Origin: Octopus vulgaris
Taxonomy: Eukaryota
Direction: 5' to 3'
DNA: 64,000 nucleotides
Assembly: GCA_951406725.2 (NCBI GenBank)
Contig: OX597834.1
Coordinates: 26,040,001 to 26,104,000, forward strand
Part shown: positions 1-30,022 of the stretch, in pieces
How the letters are laid out: every line of letters starts with the position of its first letter
Numbering within the stretch: the first letter of the stretch is position 1
Program-made: the position numbers and the translations under genes
The notes under the pieces: model-generated
The model's input: only the letters and a program-made list of their open reading frames with translations
Told to the model about the DNA's origin: nothing
Databases searched by the model: none

Positions 1-197
1 TGGTATTCTCTACTAAACCTAAATTATATATTTGTGACTCTGAGTGTGTATCTCTATCTGATTCTATATATGTGCCAGCAGATGGCATCACAGCTGTTAT
101 AGAAAATATATTTTTCTCTTTTTTTCTTTTCATATTCATCTCTCCATGCTGCTGTGAATTTAATGGTTGTTCAGAACTCTAAAACAAAACAAAGTAA

Positions 198-200
<3 letters not shown>

Positions 201-230
<30 letters not shown>

Positions 231-253
231 CGCGAGTATATATGTATATATGC

Positions 254-290
<37 letters not shown>

Positions 291-294
291 TGTA

Positions 295-340
<46 letters not shown>

Positions 341-453
341 TGTATATATATACACATGTATATATATATATATACACACATACACACACATATGTATATA
401 TATGTATGTATATATATACACATATATATATATATATACACACATACACACAC

Positions 454-498
<45 letters not shown>

Positions 499-527
499 CA
501 TATGTGTGTAATGTGTATATATATATA
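201..527. repeat. Compound (TG)/(TA)/(CA) microsatellite
   Basis: Directly visible; source of the YI/CV/TH ORFs. Confidence 0.97.
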
Positions 528-931
528 TTTTTTTTGAACAGCTGTTTTATGATTTAAATGTCCATTTTTGTGTTTGATACGTTTTCTAAACATGATGTGG
601 GAGCTAATGTGGGATCCTCTCAGCTGTTTCTTAACTAGCTACAAAATAGTAGCCAAATCACCCTGGGGAGAAACTCTTCATCAAGCATGGCCAACCTTTT
701 TCAAACGGTAAGCTGTATGAGACACAGTTCATCATCTGGCAGGCCACACAACTAAAAAATTCAAGGTTATTTTTTGTTAAACATGCCATTCAGAAAGTCT
801 CATGGGCTGCAGTTACCCATGACTGCTCTACTTGATCATTCTATTTGCTAGAAATAGCAGCCAAATCTCTCGTAGTTCATCCTAGTGTTTTTAAAAAAAC
901 TGGGGCACATTAGGTAATGTGGTCCTTGGTA

Positions 932-1165
932 AAGGTGGCGAGCTGGCAGAATCGTTAGCATGCCGGGCGAAATGCGTAGCCGTATTTCGTCTGCCGTTAC
1001 GTTCTGAGTTCAAATTCCACCGAGGTCGACTTTGCCTTTCATCCTTTCGGGGTTGATTAAATAAGTACCAGTTACGCACTGGGGCGATATAATCGACTTA
1101 ATCCGTGTGTCTGTCCTTGTTTGTCCTCTCTGTGTTTAGCCCCTTGTGAGTAGTAAAGAAATAAA
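932..1165 (+). mobile_element. SINE family A (tRNA head, Deu/Nin-like central domain, about 230 bp)
   Basis: A-box-like TGGCAGAATCG, B-box GAGTTCAAATTCC, GCCTTTCATCCTTTCGGGGT..ATAA..AAGTACC domain; 16-bp TSD AATGTGGTCCTTGGTA (916-931, 1166-1181). Confidence 0.9.
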
Positions 1166-1882
1166 AATGTGGTCCTTGGTATCCTACACCCAGGAAGAAG
1201 ACAAGAGCTTTGTGCCTAGAGTAGAAAAAAAAAATTCCATTTTCATAATTAATTAATTATTATAAGAAATTGCACATACACTTTAACAAGATCGTAAGTG
1301 GACCCGAGTTGAGAACCAGTGGGTTTAGAGTGTGCAAGAAGAGGTGGAGGGCTGTGCAAGTTCTTGTAGTAGAGCTGCATAGTTACTCACATTTAGTAGG
1401 GGACAGAGTGATCAGTAGGTGTTTGAAAGAGAGATAGATGAGGTATCCAGGTGGCCCCCTCAAGACACGAGGTAAGTAGAAGTTACAAATTAAGGCTGTT
1501 AAGGTCCACAAGCATAGAGAAACAATACCTCAAAATCATTTATTTCATGCCAAAGAATTGGATTGATCTGCAATAGTTTGTCTTTCAATATTTGACTTGT
1601 AAGAACCTGTACCATTTCTAAGACTAAAATTTTAACATAAACTATGTATTTTAATCCTTACCAGGAGTGGGGATTAGGAAATTCTCAGAATTGTATTTGC
1701 TTCTTGTCTTTAAAAATTTAGTTTCTTTCCTAATATAAATATTTTGATTTCTTTGATAACCTTAGAACTTTATTTTCCTTTCCAGATTTAATTTTCATTT
1801 ACTGAAGAAGTTGGGATCTTAAAGACCTATGCTGGCTGATAATGAGTGAAGCGTAAGATTACTTTTATATTTTGGATTTTAA

Positions 1883-2194
1883 CCCCTTACCCGACAGAAA
1901 CGAATACATGCATTTTGACCGAAATCGTTTTTTTCTATCTCTGGCGAGTTAACTCGTCAAAAGATAGACTCGCCAAAATCGACAGCAAACGAGTTCCTTC
2001 GTCTATTATAAACTCTTTTTTGACATATACGAGTATATTCGCTCACTTTATACGTCTGGCAGTGACAATGAGTCCTTTTGATTTTTTGTCTTTGTATATA
2101 GATGAAAGAGTTATAGAGCATGTATTGACTGAAACTAATAAAAAATATATCTGAAAAAATACATTTATTTTCAAAATAATTGTTGGGTAAGGGG
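1883..2194 (+). mobile_element. Internally deleted piggyBac-like element (312 bp) with transposase remnant
   Basis: TTAA on both sides (1879-1882, 2195-2198); 14-bp TIR CCCCTTACCC(G/A)ACA; internal SPFDFLSLYIDERVIEHVLTETNKKY resembles the N-terminal part of piggyBac/PGBD transposases. Confidence 0.8.
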
Positions 2195-2575
2195 TTAAGA
2201 AAGAAATTTTAAATGATCAATATATCAAATCCTTTAAAGCTTAAATTATCAATATGAATTCAAAAAATGTTTTTCTTTTCTGCTTATTCAATGGTAGAGA
2301 ATATTTTTTTTCACTGCTTTCACAAATTTCCATTACTCTCTGTCGTATTCATCCAATTCCATTATTATGAATTTGAATTGGGAGCTTGAGTCCTAGTGAT
2401 TCTTTCATTAGCTGATTGCACAACCATCAATGCCACCCCTATGGATGCATTGCAGTTACTCTTTTGATAGAACTTGATGATCCTGACCGTTGACCTTCTA
2501 GGATTCCACTGCTCAGCTTCAATGTAAGAAGCACCATTGGCTTAGTTGAGATCTTCTGGTACTTCTTCACAACCT

Positions 2576-2805
2576 ATTTCTTTACTACCCACAAGGGGCT
2601 AAACACAGAAGGGACAAACAAGGACAGACAAACGGATTAAGTTGATCATATCGACCCCAGTGCGTAACTGGTACTTATTTAATCGACCCCAAAAGGATGA
2701 AAGGCAAAGTCGACCTCGGCGGAATTTGAACTCAGAACGTAGCGACAGACGAAATACTGCTGAGCATTTCGCCCGATGTGCTAACGATTCTGCCAGCTCG
2801 CCGCC
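2576..2805 (-). mobile_element. SINE family A
   Basis: Reverse copy; 16-bp TSD TACTTCTTCACAACCT (2560-2575, 2806-2821). Confidence 0.9.
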
Positions 2806-4292
2806 TACTTCTTCACAACCTGCCATACTACGGTCCCATGACTTCGACGGTGGCAGAGTGGCTGAACACATGCCGTGCCTTGCCAGGAGGCAGCTCGTAA
2901 TTATGTATATTTGATGTAAAAAGTTGTTGAATTTTCTAACATTGTTTCATCATCATTGTTTAACGTCCGTTTTCCATGCTAGCATGGGTTGGACGGTTCG
3001 ACCGGGGTCTGGGAAGCCAGAAGGCTGCACCTGGCTCCAGTCTTATCTGGCAGTGTTTCTACAGCTGGATGCCCTTCCTAACGCCAACCACTCCATGAGT
3101 GTAGTGGGTGCTTTTTACGTGCCACTGGCACAGGGGCCAGAGGAAGCTGGCAACGACCACGATCGGTTGGTGCTTTTTACATGTCACATGGGTGTAACTC
3201 GCCCAATTATGATTACCCCCTCATTCATTGAACAATGAACTTTGCTTGCGAAGACCTATTGAGGCAAGTGAAAACAAATCAAAATCACTGACGTGGCCAG
3301 TGACAGCACTGCCTGATTGGCACTCATGCCAGTGGAATGTTAAAAACACATCCGAGCATGATCGTTGCCAAGGCCACAGATTGGCTCCCATGCTGGTGGC
3401 ATGTGAAAAGCACCATTCGAACATGATCGTTGCCTTATCGGCACATGAAAACAGCATTCGAGCATGGTTGTTGCCAGTGCCGCCGGACTGGCTCCCATGC
3501 AGGTAGCACGTAAAAACACCTTTTGAGCCTCTGTGCCGGTGACACATAAAAGCACCCACTACACTCGCGGAGTGGTTGGTGTTAGGAAGGGCATCCAGCT
3601 GTAGAAACTTTGCCCGATCAGATTGAGCCTGGTGCAGCCTCTGGCTCACCAGTCCTCAGTCAAACCATCCAACCCATGCAAGCATGGAAAGCGGACGTTA
3701 AACAACGATGATGATGATGATGATGATGAATGTTAAAGGGTGAAACACTTATTCAGTGTATATATATATAATTTGTGTATGTGTGTGCATTTATTGTTAA
3801 TGTTTGATTTATGTTCAGTTATAATATAAACAATTTTCAATTAATCTAATGGGTTACTCTACACTTTTGAAGAGTACAAATTTATTATCCTTAAGCAAGA
3901 ATATTATTGACCATAATTTCAAAGTTTCAACTAGTTAAGCCATCATCGGATTGTGATGCATTGGAGTTAATCTTGGCTTTATATAGTGTCTGTTGAATTA
4001 AAATCTTCCTTGGGTGTGTCGGTTTGAGTGGAGTGGTAATTAGGTTTTAGGGTGGGTTGTTGTGGAGAGGTGTTTTGGAAAATTTTTTATTGATTAAATT
4101 TGGGGTTATTTTTTTGAATTTATTCATGTATGCAAAACTTTGTGAGCAGAGGTGCATATTTAGGTGTGTTCCGTTTGGTAGGTAGTTAAAGGGTGCGCCA
4201 GTAGTTTTTGTTATTTTTGGTTTTATTGGATTTAATCCTTTCCTTTGACAATGTAAAGGTCAGAGCCACAAAGTCCATTATTTAACTTGGTG

Positions 4293-4500
4293 TTACTCTT
4301 TTACTTGTTTCAGTCATTTGACTGCGGCCATGCTGGAGCACCGCCTTTAGTCGAGCAAATCGACCCCGGGACTTATTCTTTGTAAGCCCAGTACTTATTC
4401 TATCGGTCTTTTTTGCCAAACCGCTAAGTGACAGGGACGTAAACACACCAGCATCGGTTGTCAAGCAATGCTAGGGGGACAAACACAGACACACAAGCAC

Positions 4501-4531
<31 letters not shown>

Positions 4532-4694
4532 CGACAGGCTTCTTTCAGTTTCCGTCTACCAAATCCACTCACAAGGCATTGGTCGGCCCGGGGCTATAGC
4601 AGAAGACACTTGCCCAAGATGCCACGCAGTGGGACTGAACCCGGAACCATGTGGCTGGTTAGCAAGCTACTTACCACACAGCCACTCCTGCGCC
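4293..4694 (-). mobile_element. SINE family C (about 400 bp; tRNA head, internal TA/CA microsatellite, AAAAGAGT-repeat tail)
   Basis: Head GGAGTGGCTGTGTGGTAAG...GGGTTCAGTCCC; tail ...GACTGAAACAAGTAAAAGAGT. Confidence 0.88.
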
Positions 4695-5926
4695 TCAACT
4701 TTTTTGTAATGGAAATTCTTAGTGGTTCATAAACGAATGTAAATTGATGCTATGTCTTAGCTGGTTAGTTTCTTTATTTGTTATCATTTATTTCCTGTTT
4801 TTATTTGGAATATGTGAGTTATTAGTCAGGTATGTCATGGTGTTGTTAGTATACAAGTTTGTTTATCTCATGCTTTGAGGTTCACAAAAAGATGTAGGTA
4901 GGTGTAGAGGGTTGTTGACCTGTATATTTCTCTCTAGGTGTTCATTGTTTTTTTTAAAGCAATTTGATTAGTATGTAGAAACTTTAACTCCTGTGTTTAA
5001 TAGAATTTGTGGCCTATGCGTTTATAAATATTTCTTCAATTCTGTTCCATATGCGGATATTTTATAATATATTATTTTAGGTCCCTGGATATATGCAAAA
5101 GTAAAGCCTTATAAAAGGTGTGTATACAGTAATGTATAAAAATGGGATAAAATTAAATTTAGTTTTAAAAATGTTTTAAAATTTAAAAATTAAGAAAAGA
5201 ATCTATATGTATATATATATAGATAGATAGATTCAGATGAATATGGTACATAAGTTGAGGCACCAGAATTTAGTACGCAACAAGGATATCCAGAGGTAAT
5301 GCAGTACAATCATTTCATGCAACTCCATTTAATTGAACAATGCAACCATTACATCACTTTAAACTGCAGAGCAAGAAGTTAAGGAGATAGACAAAGAACA
5401 TGCTGTCTTACAGACATCATAGTTGGTATAGTCATGAAAATCAAGATTTATTAGAAGCGATATCATGAGGTTTGGTAAAGGAAAACTCAAAACAAGATGT
5501 TAGCTGGTAATTAAGGGGGTTGCCCACTAGCAGACCATTGATAATGAAACAGGGAAAGTCTTGTCATGTAGTACTATATTTAAATATTTTAAACAATGTT
5601 GTTATATTGTATACAGTTAAAGTTTAGGGTTATTCAAAGGATTATTAAGAAGAATATTGTAACAAAAGGATAGAAATTTATGAATGCTTTTGAGTATATT
5701 CCAAACTTTTACCACAATAGAGGGAGGAAAAGAATTTATCCAGAAATAGTTTAATATTTACATATATTGTACACTTAAATACTAACTCATCAGATGGTAT
5801 CTGTGAATATTGATTAATTGGTATATACTGGTATTAATAAAGGAGTATTAAGGTAAAGGAACATGCTAATTATATATTAATAAAATTATAATCTAGGCAG
5901 TATTTTTTATAAGTAGCGAATATACC

Positions 5927-6138
5927 TATTTCTTTACTACCCACAAGAGGCTAAACACGGAGAGGACAAATAGGGACAGACAAACGGATTAAGTCGATTA
6001 TATCGACCCCAGTGTGTAACTGGTACTTAATTTATCAACCCCGAAAGGATGAAAGGCAAAGTCGACCTCGGCGGAATTTGAACTCAGAACGTAGCGGCAG
6101 ACGAAATACAGCTACGCATTTCGCCCGCTCACCGCCTT
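5927..6138 (-). mobile_element. SINE family A (deletion in head)
   Basis: Reverse copy; TSD AAGTAGCGAATATACC. Confidence 0.85.
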
Positions 6139-6413
6139 AAAGTAGCGAATATACCAGTATAGTTTTATATAAGCTAAGTATGAATTTATAGAGATACAAA
6201 AATTACATTAATTTTATGAATAAATAAAGGCTAATTATAAAATGATAAAGAAATATAATAAAACAATCAAGTAGAGCAGAACACCATAGAAAAAGGAAAT
6301 AAAATGGCTTAATTACTAATACTATGGTAAAGTATATGTAGCTTATTAACACCAATAGAGAAGATTTTTAGAAAAAGTATAATAATTCAAAATGTATTAG
6401 ACTAAAAGTTATA

Positions 6414-6810
6414 TACTCTTTTTACTCTTTTACTTGTTTCAGTCATTTGACTGTGGCCATGCTGGAGCACCGTCTTTAGTCGAGCAACTCGACCCCGGGA
6501 CTTATTCTTTTGTAAGCCCAGTACTTATTCTATCGGTCTCTTTTGCCGAACCGCTAAGTGACGGGGACATAAACACACCAGCATCGGTTGTCAAGCAATG
6601 CTAGGGAACAAACACAAACACACACACGCATACATATATATACATATATATGACGGGCTTCTTTCAGTTTCCGTCTACCAAATCCACTCACAAGGCTTTG
6701 GTCGGCCCGAGGCTATAGTAGAAGACACTTGCCCAAGGTGCCACGCAGTGGGACTGAACCCGGAACCATGTGGTTGGCAGACAAGCTACTTACCACACAG
6801 CCACTCCTGC
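6414..6810 (-). mobile_element. SINE family C
   Basis: Full reverse copy. Confidence 0.88.
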
Positions 6811-7147
6811 GAATTACTTATTTAGCTAATATCAATAAAAGACTGATGTCTGGTATCAGCTAAAGGAATATTTAAGTTATGGAACAATCATATTTTACAC
6901 TAATCTTTTTTTTTTAAACTCAGGATTATATTATAGGTTTAAGAAGTTATTATTGTTACTCCCTGCATGATATTTATAGTTTCTTAGTAGTACTTGTTTA
7001 GAAGGGTTATTTATATAAAGGCCCTTATAAATACTAAGATCAGGAGGGTAGAGCCATTTGAGAAAGAGATAAATGAAGTAATTTCTAAAGATCATTTCAA
7101 ACAATAGTCTTATTGTATATTTATATATATGATATAATGTATTTATA

Positions 7148-7194
<47 letters not shown>

Positions 7195-7390
7195 TACAAA
7201 ATTAGAGAATGGAGAAACATACTTAAATCAGTAAAACATCAACTATCCGATGATACTCAATCCATACTTTAATACACCATTACATATGAGTAAAGGCAAT
7301 ATATAAAATGAAATGAGATATACAGTAATAGTAAAAAGATAAAGAGATATAAGTAAAAAATTTCAAATATAATATGCAAATAAATCAAAA

Positions 7391-7498
7391 CTGACAGCTG
7401 TTTCGGCAGTGAGGGCAGTCATACCTCATTTAACCTATAAGCCATAAAGGCAGGTATAAATGAGGCATTAACAAGGATGCCCCACGGCCTCTTCAGAG
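7391..7498 (-). ncRNA. Hammerhead ribozyme motif with long stem II
   Basis: Reverse strand: CT-CTGAAGA-GGC...(approx. 80-nt hairpin incl. TGCCTCATTTA/TAAATGAGGTA)...GCC-GAAA-CAGCTG-TC-AG. Intact core and palindromic stem III, but stem I has only about 2 clear base pairs. Confidence 0.6.
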
Positions 7499-7723
7499 AA
7501 TTAAATTAAATTTGTTATAATAGTGAAAAATATTATATACATATAAATATAAAAATATAAAAATGTAAAATATAAAAACTTATACATCATAATGCTACAC
7601 TTATATAATATAATACACATTTGTACAAAAAAGGAAGGTAAACAGAACAAAATAAAACAAAATATATAACAGTGTATATATTAATATTAATAAGTACTGA
7701 TATTATACATATTTGGCTAATAG

Positions 7724-7754
<31 letters not shown>

Positions 7755-7847
7755 AAAGCTAACAAATATGGAGATGAAAAATAATAATTAAAACCATGTT
7801 AAAGTTCATAAAATTCTAAAGCTATAAAAGTTAATAAAAATTACTAT

Positions 7848-7851
7848 TAAT

Positions 7852-7915
<64 letters not shown>

Positions 7916-7920
7916 TAATA
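7848..7920. repeat. (AAT)n microsatellite
   Basis: Directly visible. Confidence 0.95.
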
Positions 7921-8149
7921 AAAATAGATACAATTAAGTTAGCACCAAGTCCATCCTTTCAAGATCGAAATAACTATGAGTTAAGAAATGCTGACCACTA
8001 GGTAAAGAAAAATTTAGATTAATTCGATTGGCTATTGGTTTGAAATTTAAATCACAAAAGAAAATTATACGGTTGGTTAGTCAGGGACTAGCAGTATATT
8101 GGATATATATTATCCCATGGTGGGTTGAATTTTCAACCCCTATCTCATT

Positions 8150-8206
<57 letters not shown>

Positions 8207-8375
8207 ATCTGTATATATAAGCAAATTAGCTAGTTAGAAAATCTCTATATGAGATGACGGTAGTAACTATACAGAGAAGTAATGTTTATCACCAATTAAA
8301 CATGGATGTTCTGTAGGAACTGACATTACTGCTATTTTTAACCCCTAGAGAGCACCTCCTATGGCCAGTTATTTG

Positions 8376-8477
8376 ATGCAATCTGCATCTGATATCTGTA
8401 TATAATTATATATATATAAGTTATTCAATGCAATCTGCACCTGATATCTGTATATAATTATATATATAAATTATTCA
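8376..8477. repeat. 52-bp tandem duplication
   Basis: ATGCAATCTGCA(T/C)CTGATATCTGTATATAATTATATATA...TTATTCA twice. Confidence 0.85.
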
Positions 8478-9052
8478 AGTGTCAACTCTGCAACAACTAG
8501 CTACTGTTTATAATAGTAGCTTGCTTGCATGCTGTAATGGTGTTAAAACATAAATAATCCCAAGAGCTTGTCTAAGCTTGCAGTTAGATCAGTTTCTCTC
8601 ACCCAACAACATAGTATTTAAAGGTGTCAAGAATTATACCAACAGGCATTATTGTTTTAAAATGTCACCAAATATCAATAAAATGTACATATATATATAA
8701 TGGTTTTACGTGAGGTTTATTTCTGAGGATAAGCCTTGAGTCGGGGTTTCTTCCTCTCTGCCAATCTTGGTGACATTGCAAATGGTCACAGACACTGCCC
8801 TCCTCTCCTGACTAAATTATAAATAAAATTGGATTAATTATTCTGAATATTTGAGATGTGGAATTATTATTGTACCCCGATTTATTCAAACTAGTGTACT
8901 TATCTTGGTTGCTATAATTACAACATTTCTGCTACATTCAGTAACTTTCAGTTTGACTAGCATTCACGACTCTCTTTTATACACTGTGATCTATATATAT
9001 GCACTGTCTATTACATAGATCAGCCAGATATATACTATAATTTATATACACT

Positions 9053-9340
9053 GTGGCCGATGCCAGCACCGCCTCGACTGGCTTCCGTGCCGGTGGCACA
9101 TAAAATACACTAATCCGACCGTGGCCGTTGCCAGCCTCGCCTGGCACCTGTGCAGGTGGCACGTAAAAAGCACCCCGCTACACTCACGGAGTGGTTGGCG
9201 TTAGGAAGGGCATCCAGCTGTAGAAACATTGCCAGATAAGACTGGAGCCTGGTGCAGCCTTCTGGCTTCCCAGATCCCCGGTCGAACCGTCCAACCCATG
9301 CTAGCATGGAGAACGGACGTTAAACGATGATGATGATGAT
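9053..9340 (+). mobile_element. Family D (GAT)n-tailed retroposon 3' end (possibly RTE-mobilised); other copies at about 2948-3190(-), 3290-3728(+), 9693-9944(+), 14402-14598(-), 17685-17922(+), 21168-21291(+), 28025-28206(+), 29135-29378(+), 37409-37600(-)
   Basis: Shared GGTTGGCGTTAGGAAGGGCATCCAGCTGTAGAAAC...CCATGCTAGCATGGAAA..GGACGTTAAACGATGATGAT; variable 5' truncation and fixed 3' microsatellite tail indicate non-LTR retrotransposition. Confidence 0.8.
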
Positions 9341-10454
9341 ATTGAGGCTAGTGTCTTCATCTTGGATGTTATAGTCACAGCATCTCAACCAGTATATCTT
9401 GCAGCCTTCATCAGAAATTATCATCATCATCAGTTAATTTCTGTTTTCCATGCTGGCATGGGTTGGCCGGTTTGACAAGAGTTGGCCAACTGGAGAGCTG
9501 CACCAGCCTCCAATTGTGGTGACAGCGGAAACAATTCTACAGAAAATACAGTGTGCTAAAGGTTAACTTTGTTTCATCAATAAAAAGAAATACCAGTCAA
9601 GTACTGGGGTGTGAGGTGATTCTTTTGACTAACCCCTCCTCCAAAATTTCAAGCCTTTTGCCTATAGTAGAAAAGATTATTGTTATTATTATTGCCGGTG
9701 GCACGTAAAAAGCACCATCCGTCCGTGGTCGTTTGCCAGCTCCGTCTGGCACCTGTGCGGGTGGCACGTAAAAAGCACCCACTACACTCACGGAGTGGTT
9801 GGCGTTAGGAAGGGCATCCAGCCGTAGAAACACTGCCAGATCAGACTGGGCCTGATGCAGCCTTCTGGCTTCACAGACCCCAGTTGAACCGTCCAACCCA
9901 TGCTAGCATGGAAAGCGGACGCTAAATGATGATGATGATGATGATTGTTGTTGTTGTTGTTATTACTTTCTAAGTTTCTCCCAGCGACTTCAGTAAACAG
10001 TAAGCTGGACTTTTTACTATGGGTATTATTTATGAGTAAGCAATGATATGTAACAAGGAAAGGAAACTAAATACTGAGAATTCTACTTATTATTATTAAA
10101 TTGCAGAACTGGCAGAGCCTCAGACAAAATTGTCTTGTACTATTTGTTGCATTCCTTTATATTGTTAGTCTTGTATCTCATTGAAGTCAGGTTTGTCTTT
10201 CATTCTTTTAAGATCCATAAAAATAAATGTCAGTCAAATGTATTGAGGTCAGTATGAATGACTTGTTTCCTTGCACTTAGGATTGTTTCAGAACAAAATT
10301 ACTAATCTGAGACCTTTGTAGAATCTAGAAGATATATATATATAAAGTAGTTATCACAAAAATGTTGCCCTTCATGGAGATTGTTAACCTAGAAATTAGG
10401 AATTTCTAACAACTCTTGTACAGCTTGAAGACATGGAAGTTATATTCTTTTCTT

Positions 10455-10813
10455 TTTATTCTTTTACTTGTTTCAGTCATTTGACTGCGGCCATGCTGGA
10501 GCACCGCCTTTAATCGAGCAACTCGACCCCGGGACTTATTCTTTTGTAAGCCCAGTACTTATTCTATCGGTCTCTTTTGCCGAACCGCTAAGTAACGGGG
10601 ACATAAACACACCAGCATCGGTTGTCAAGCAATGCTAGGAGGACAAACACACACATATATATATACAACGGGCTTCATTCAGTTTCCCTCTACCAAATCC
10701 ACTCACAAGGACTTGGTCGGCCCAAGGCTATAGTAGAAGACACTTGCCCAAGGTGCCACGCAGTGGGACTGAACTCGGAATCATGTGGTTGGTAAGCAAG
10801 CTACTTACCACAC
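10455..10813 (-). mobile_element. SINE family C, followed by an older copy (about 10820-11378)
   Basis: Matches family C consensus. Confidence 0.85.
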
Positions 10814-11094
10814 AAATTTTTTTTTATCTTTTACTTATTTCAGTCATTATGGCCATGCTGGAGCACTGCCTGGAAGACTAGTTGAATAGCTTGACTCTGA
10901 TACTTATTTGCCAAATCATTAAGTTACAGAGACATACATAAAGCAATACCTCTTGTCAAGCAGAGGTGGGGAGGGGAAAATACATGTGCGCACGCACACA
11001 CACACACACACACACATGTATTTACAATGGGCTTCTACACAGTTCCTGTCTTCTAAATTCTCTCACAAGCCATTGCTTGGTCCAGGGCTATAAT

Positions 11095-11307
11095 TGTTGT
11101 TGTTGTTGTTGTTGTTAAGCAACAAGACGGGTAAGGGTGATTAGGTAATGGTCTAGGGCTTAGGGGCGGGAGACCCCAGATCTTGGGGGAAAAAAAAAAC
11201 TTTGGTCGTCTTGTAGTCGAGGGCTCTTCGTTGACGCCTGACACCACTGGGAGGTGGCCCTCAAAGTCGTTGGAAATGGAGATCTCCAGGTCCAAATTCT
11301 TGAACGG
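11095..11307 (-). mobile_element. About 210-bp retroposon with (CAA)n tail inserted in an old family-C SINE; second copy at about 43812-43984 (+)
   Basis: 12-bp TSD CAGGGCTATAAT (11083-11094, 11308-11319). Confidence 0.75.
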
Positions 11308-11391
11308 CAGGGCTATAATAGAAGACACTTGCCCTCGGTACCAAACAGTGGGACTGAACTTGAAACCATGTGGTGGTTAAAGCTCACTCAC

Positions 11392-11733
11392 AAGGCAGTG
11401 AGCTGGCGGAATGCTTAGCAGTATTTCGTCTGCCGCTACATTCTGAGTTCAAATTCCCGCCGAGGTCGACTTTGCCTTTCATCCTTTCGGGGTCGATAAA
11501 TTAAGTACCAGTTACGCACTGGGGTCGATGTAATCGACTTAATACCTATGTCTGTCCTTGTTTAGCCCCTTGTGGGTAATAAAGAAATAGGTATTTCGTC
11601 TGGCGCTACATTCTGAGTTCAATTAAATAAGTACCAGTTACGTACTGGGGGTCAATATAATTGACTTAATCCGTTTGTCTGTCCTTGTTTGTCCTCTCTA
11701 TGTTGAGCCCCTTGTGGGTAGTAAACAAATAGG
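11392..11733 (+). mobile_element. SINE family A, partially duplicated (dimer-like)
   Basis: Two successive partial bodies; flanked by TAAAGCTCACTCAC repeats. Confidence 0.8.
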
Positions 11734-11771
11734 TAAAGCTCACTCACTAACCACACAGTTTAACTGTGTGT

Positions 11772-11802
<31 letters not shown>

Positions 11803-12041
11803 CTTGAAGCTCCAATGAAGCTAAAAGGTGTTATTCAGGCACTCAACTATCAGTCCACTGCATCTTATTGCCGAAACAGCTGTAAGCTAATGAAGTTCAT
11901 AAGATAACCCTTTATTCCTTTGTCATCTCACTTTCTTATGATAGATAGATCTACCCAGCCACAATGGCTAAAATGAACTAAAAAACGTGTGTGTGTATAT
12001 ATATATATGTTATAATGTTTTATGTATATATTTGTTTCAGT

Positions 12042-29747
<17,706 letters not shown>

Positions 29748-30016
29748 GCCACCATCATAATCATCATCATTATCATCTGTGCTGCTTTTTTTATTTTTTT
29801 CATTTTTTTTTTTCTACAAGACAATTCTTCTCAGGATGGTGGTTTAATCCATTCTCTGTCTCTGTTCATTTCCGTTGTTTAAATTCTAAAGAACCCTTGC
29901 CATTTCTCAAGAATTCAATAATTATACATATCTCCTCATTCTATGCTATTTTATTCCTTCATTGGTGTCAGCCATTAGATTGCTGCCATACTGGGGCAAC
30001 GGTTGTTTTTTGTTTC

Positions 30017-30022
30017 AATAAA
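30017..30022 (+). promoter_or_regulatory. Candidate polyadenylation signal of the katanin gene
   Basis: AATAAA about 270 nt after the stop codon; the motif is common in AT-rich DNA, so tentative. Confidence 0.35.

Noticed and set aside
154-593. Six overlapping ORFs of 90-140 aa
   Set aside because: Translations of TA/TG/CA microsatellite (YI, CV, TH repeats)
891-1079. Recurrent peptides such as RKDERQSRPRRNLNSER, MFIERKHLKLHE, YQIHSQG and LDALPNANHS across many ORFs
   Set aside because: They are chance translations of SINE families A-D, not a gene family
3950-5100. GT-rich strand-biased segment suggestive of a Penelope ORF remnant
   Set aside because: Too degraded to read a reliable RT or GIY-YIG peptide, so not reported as a feature
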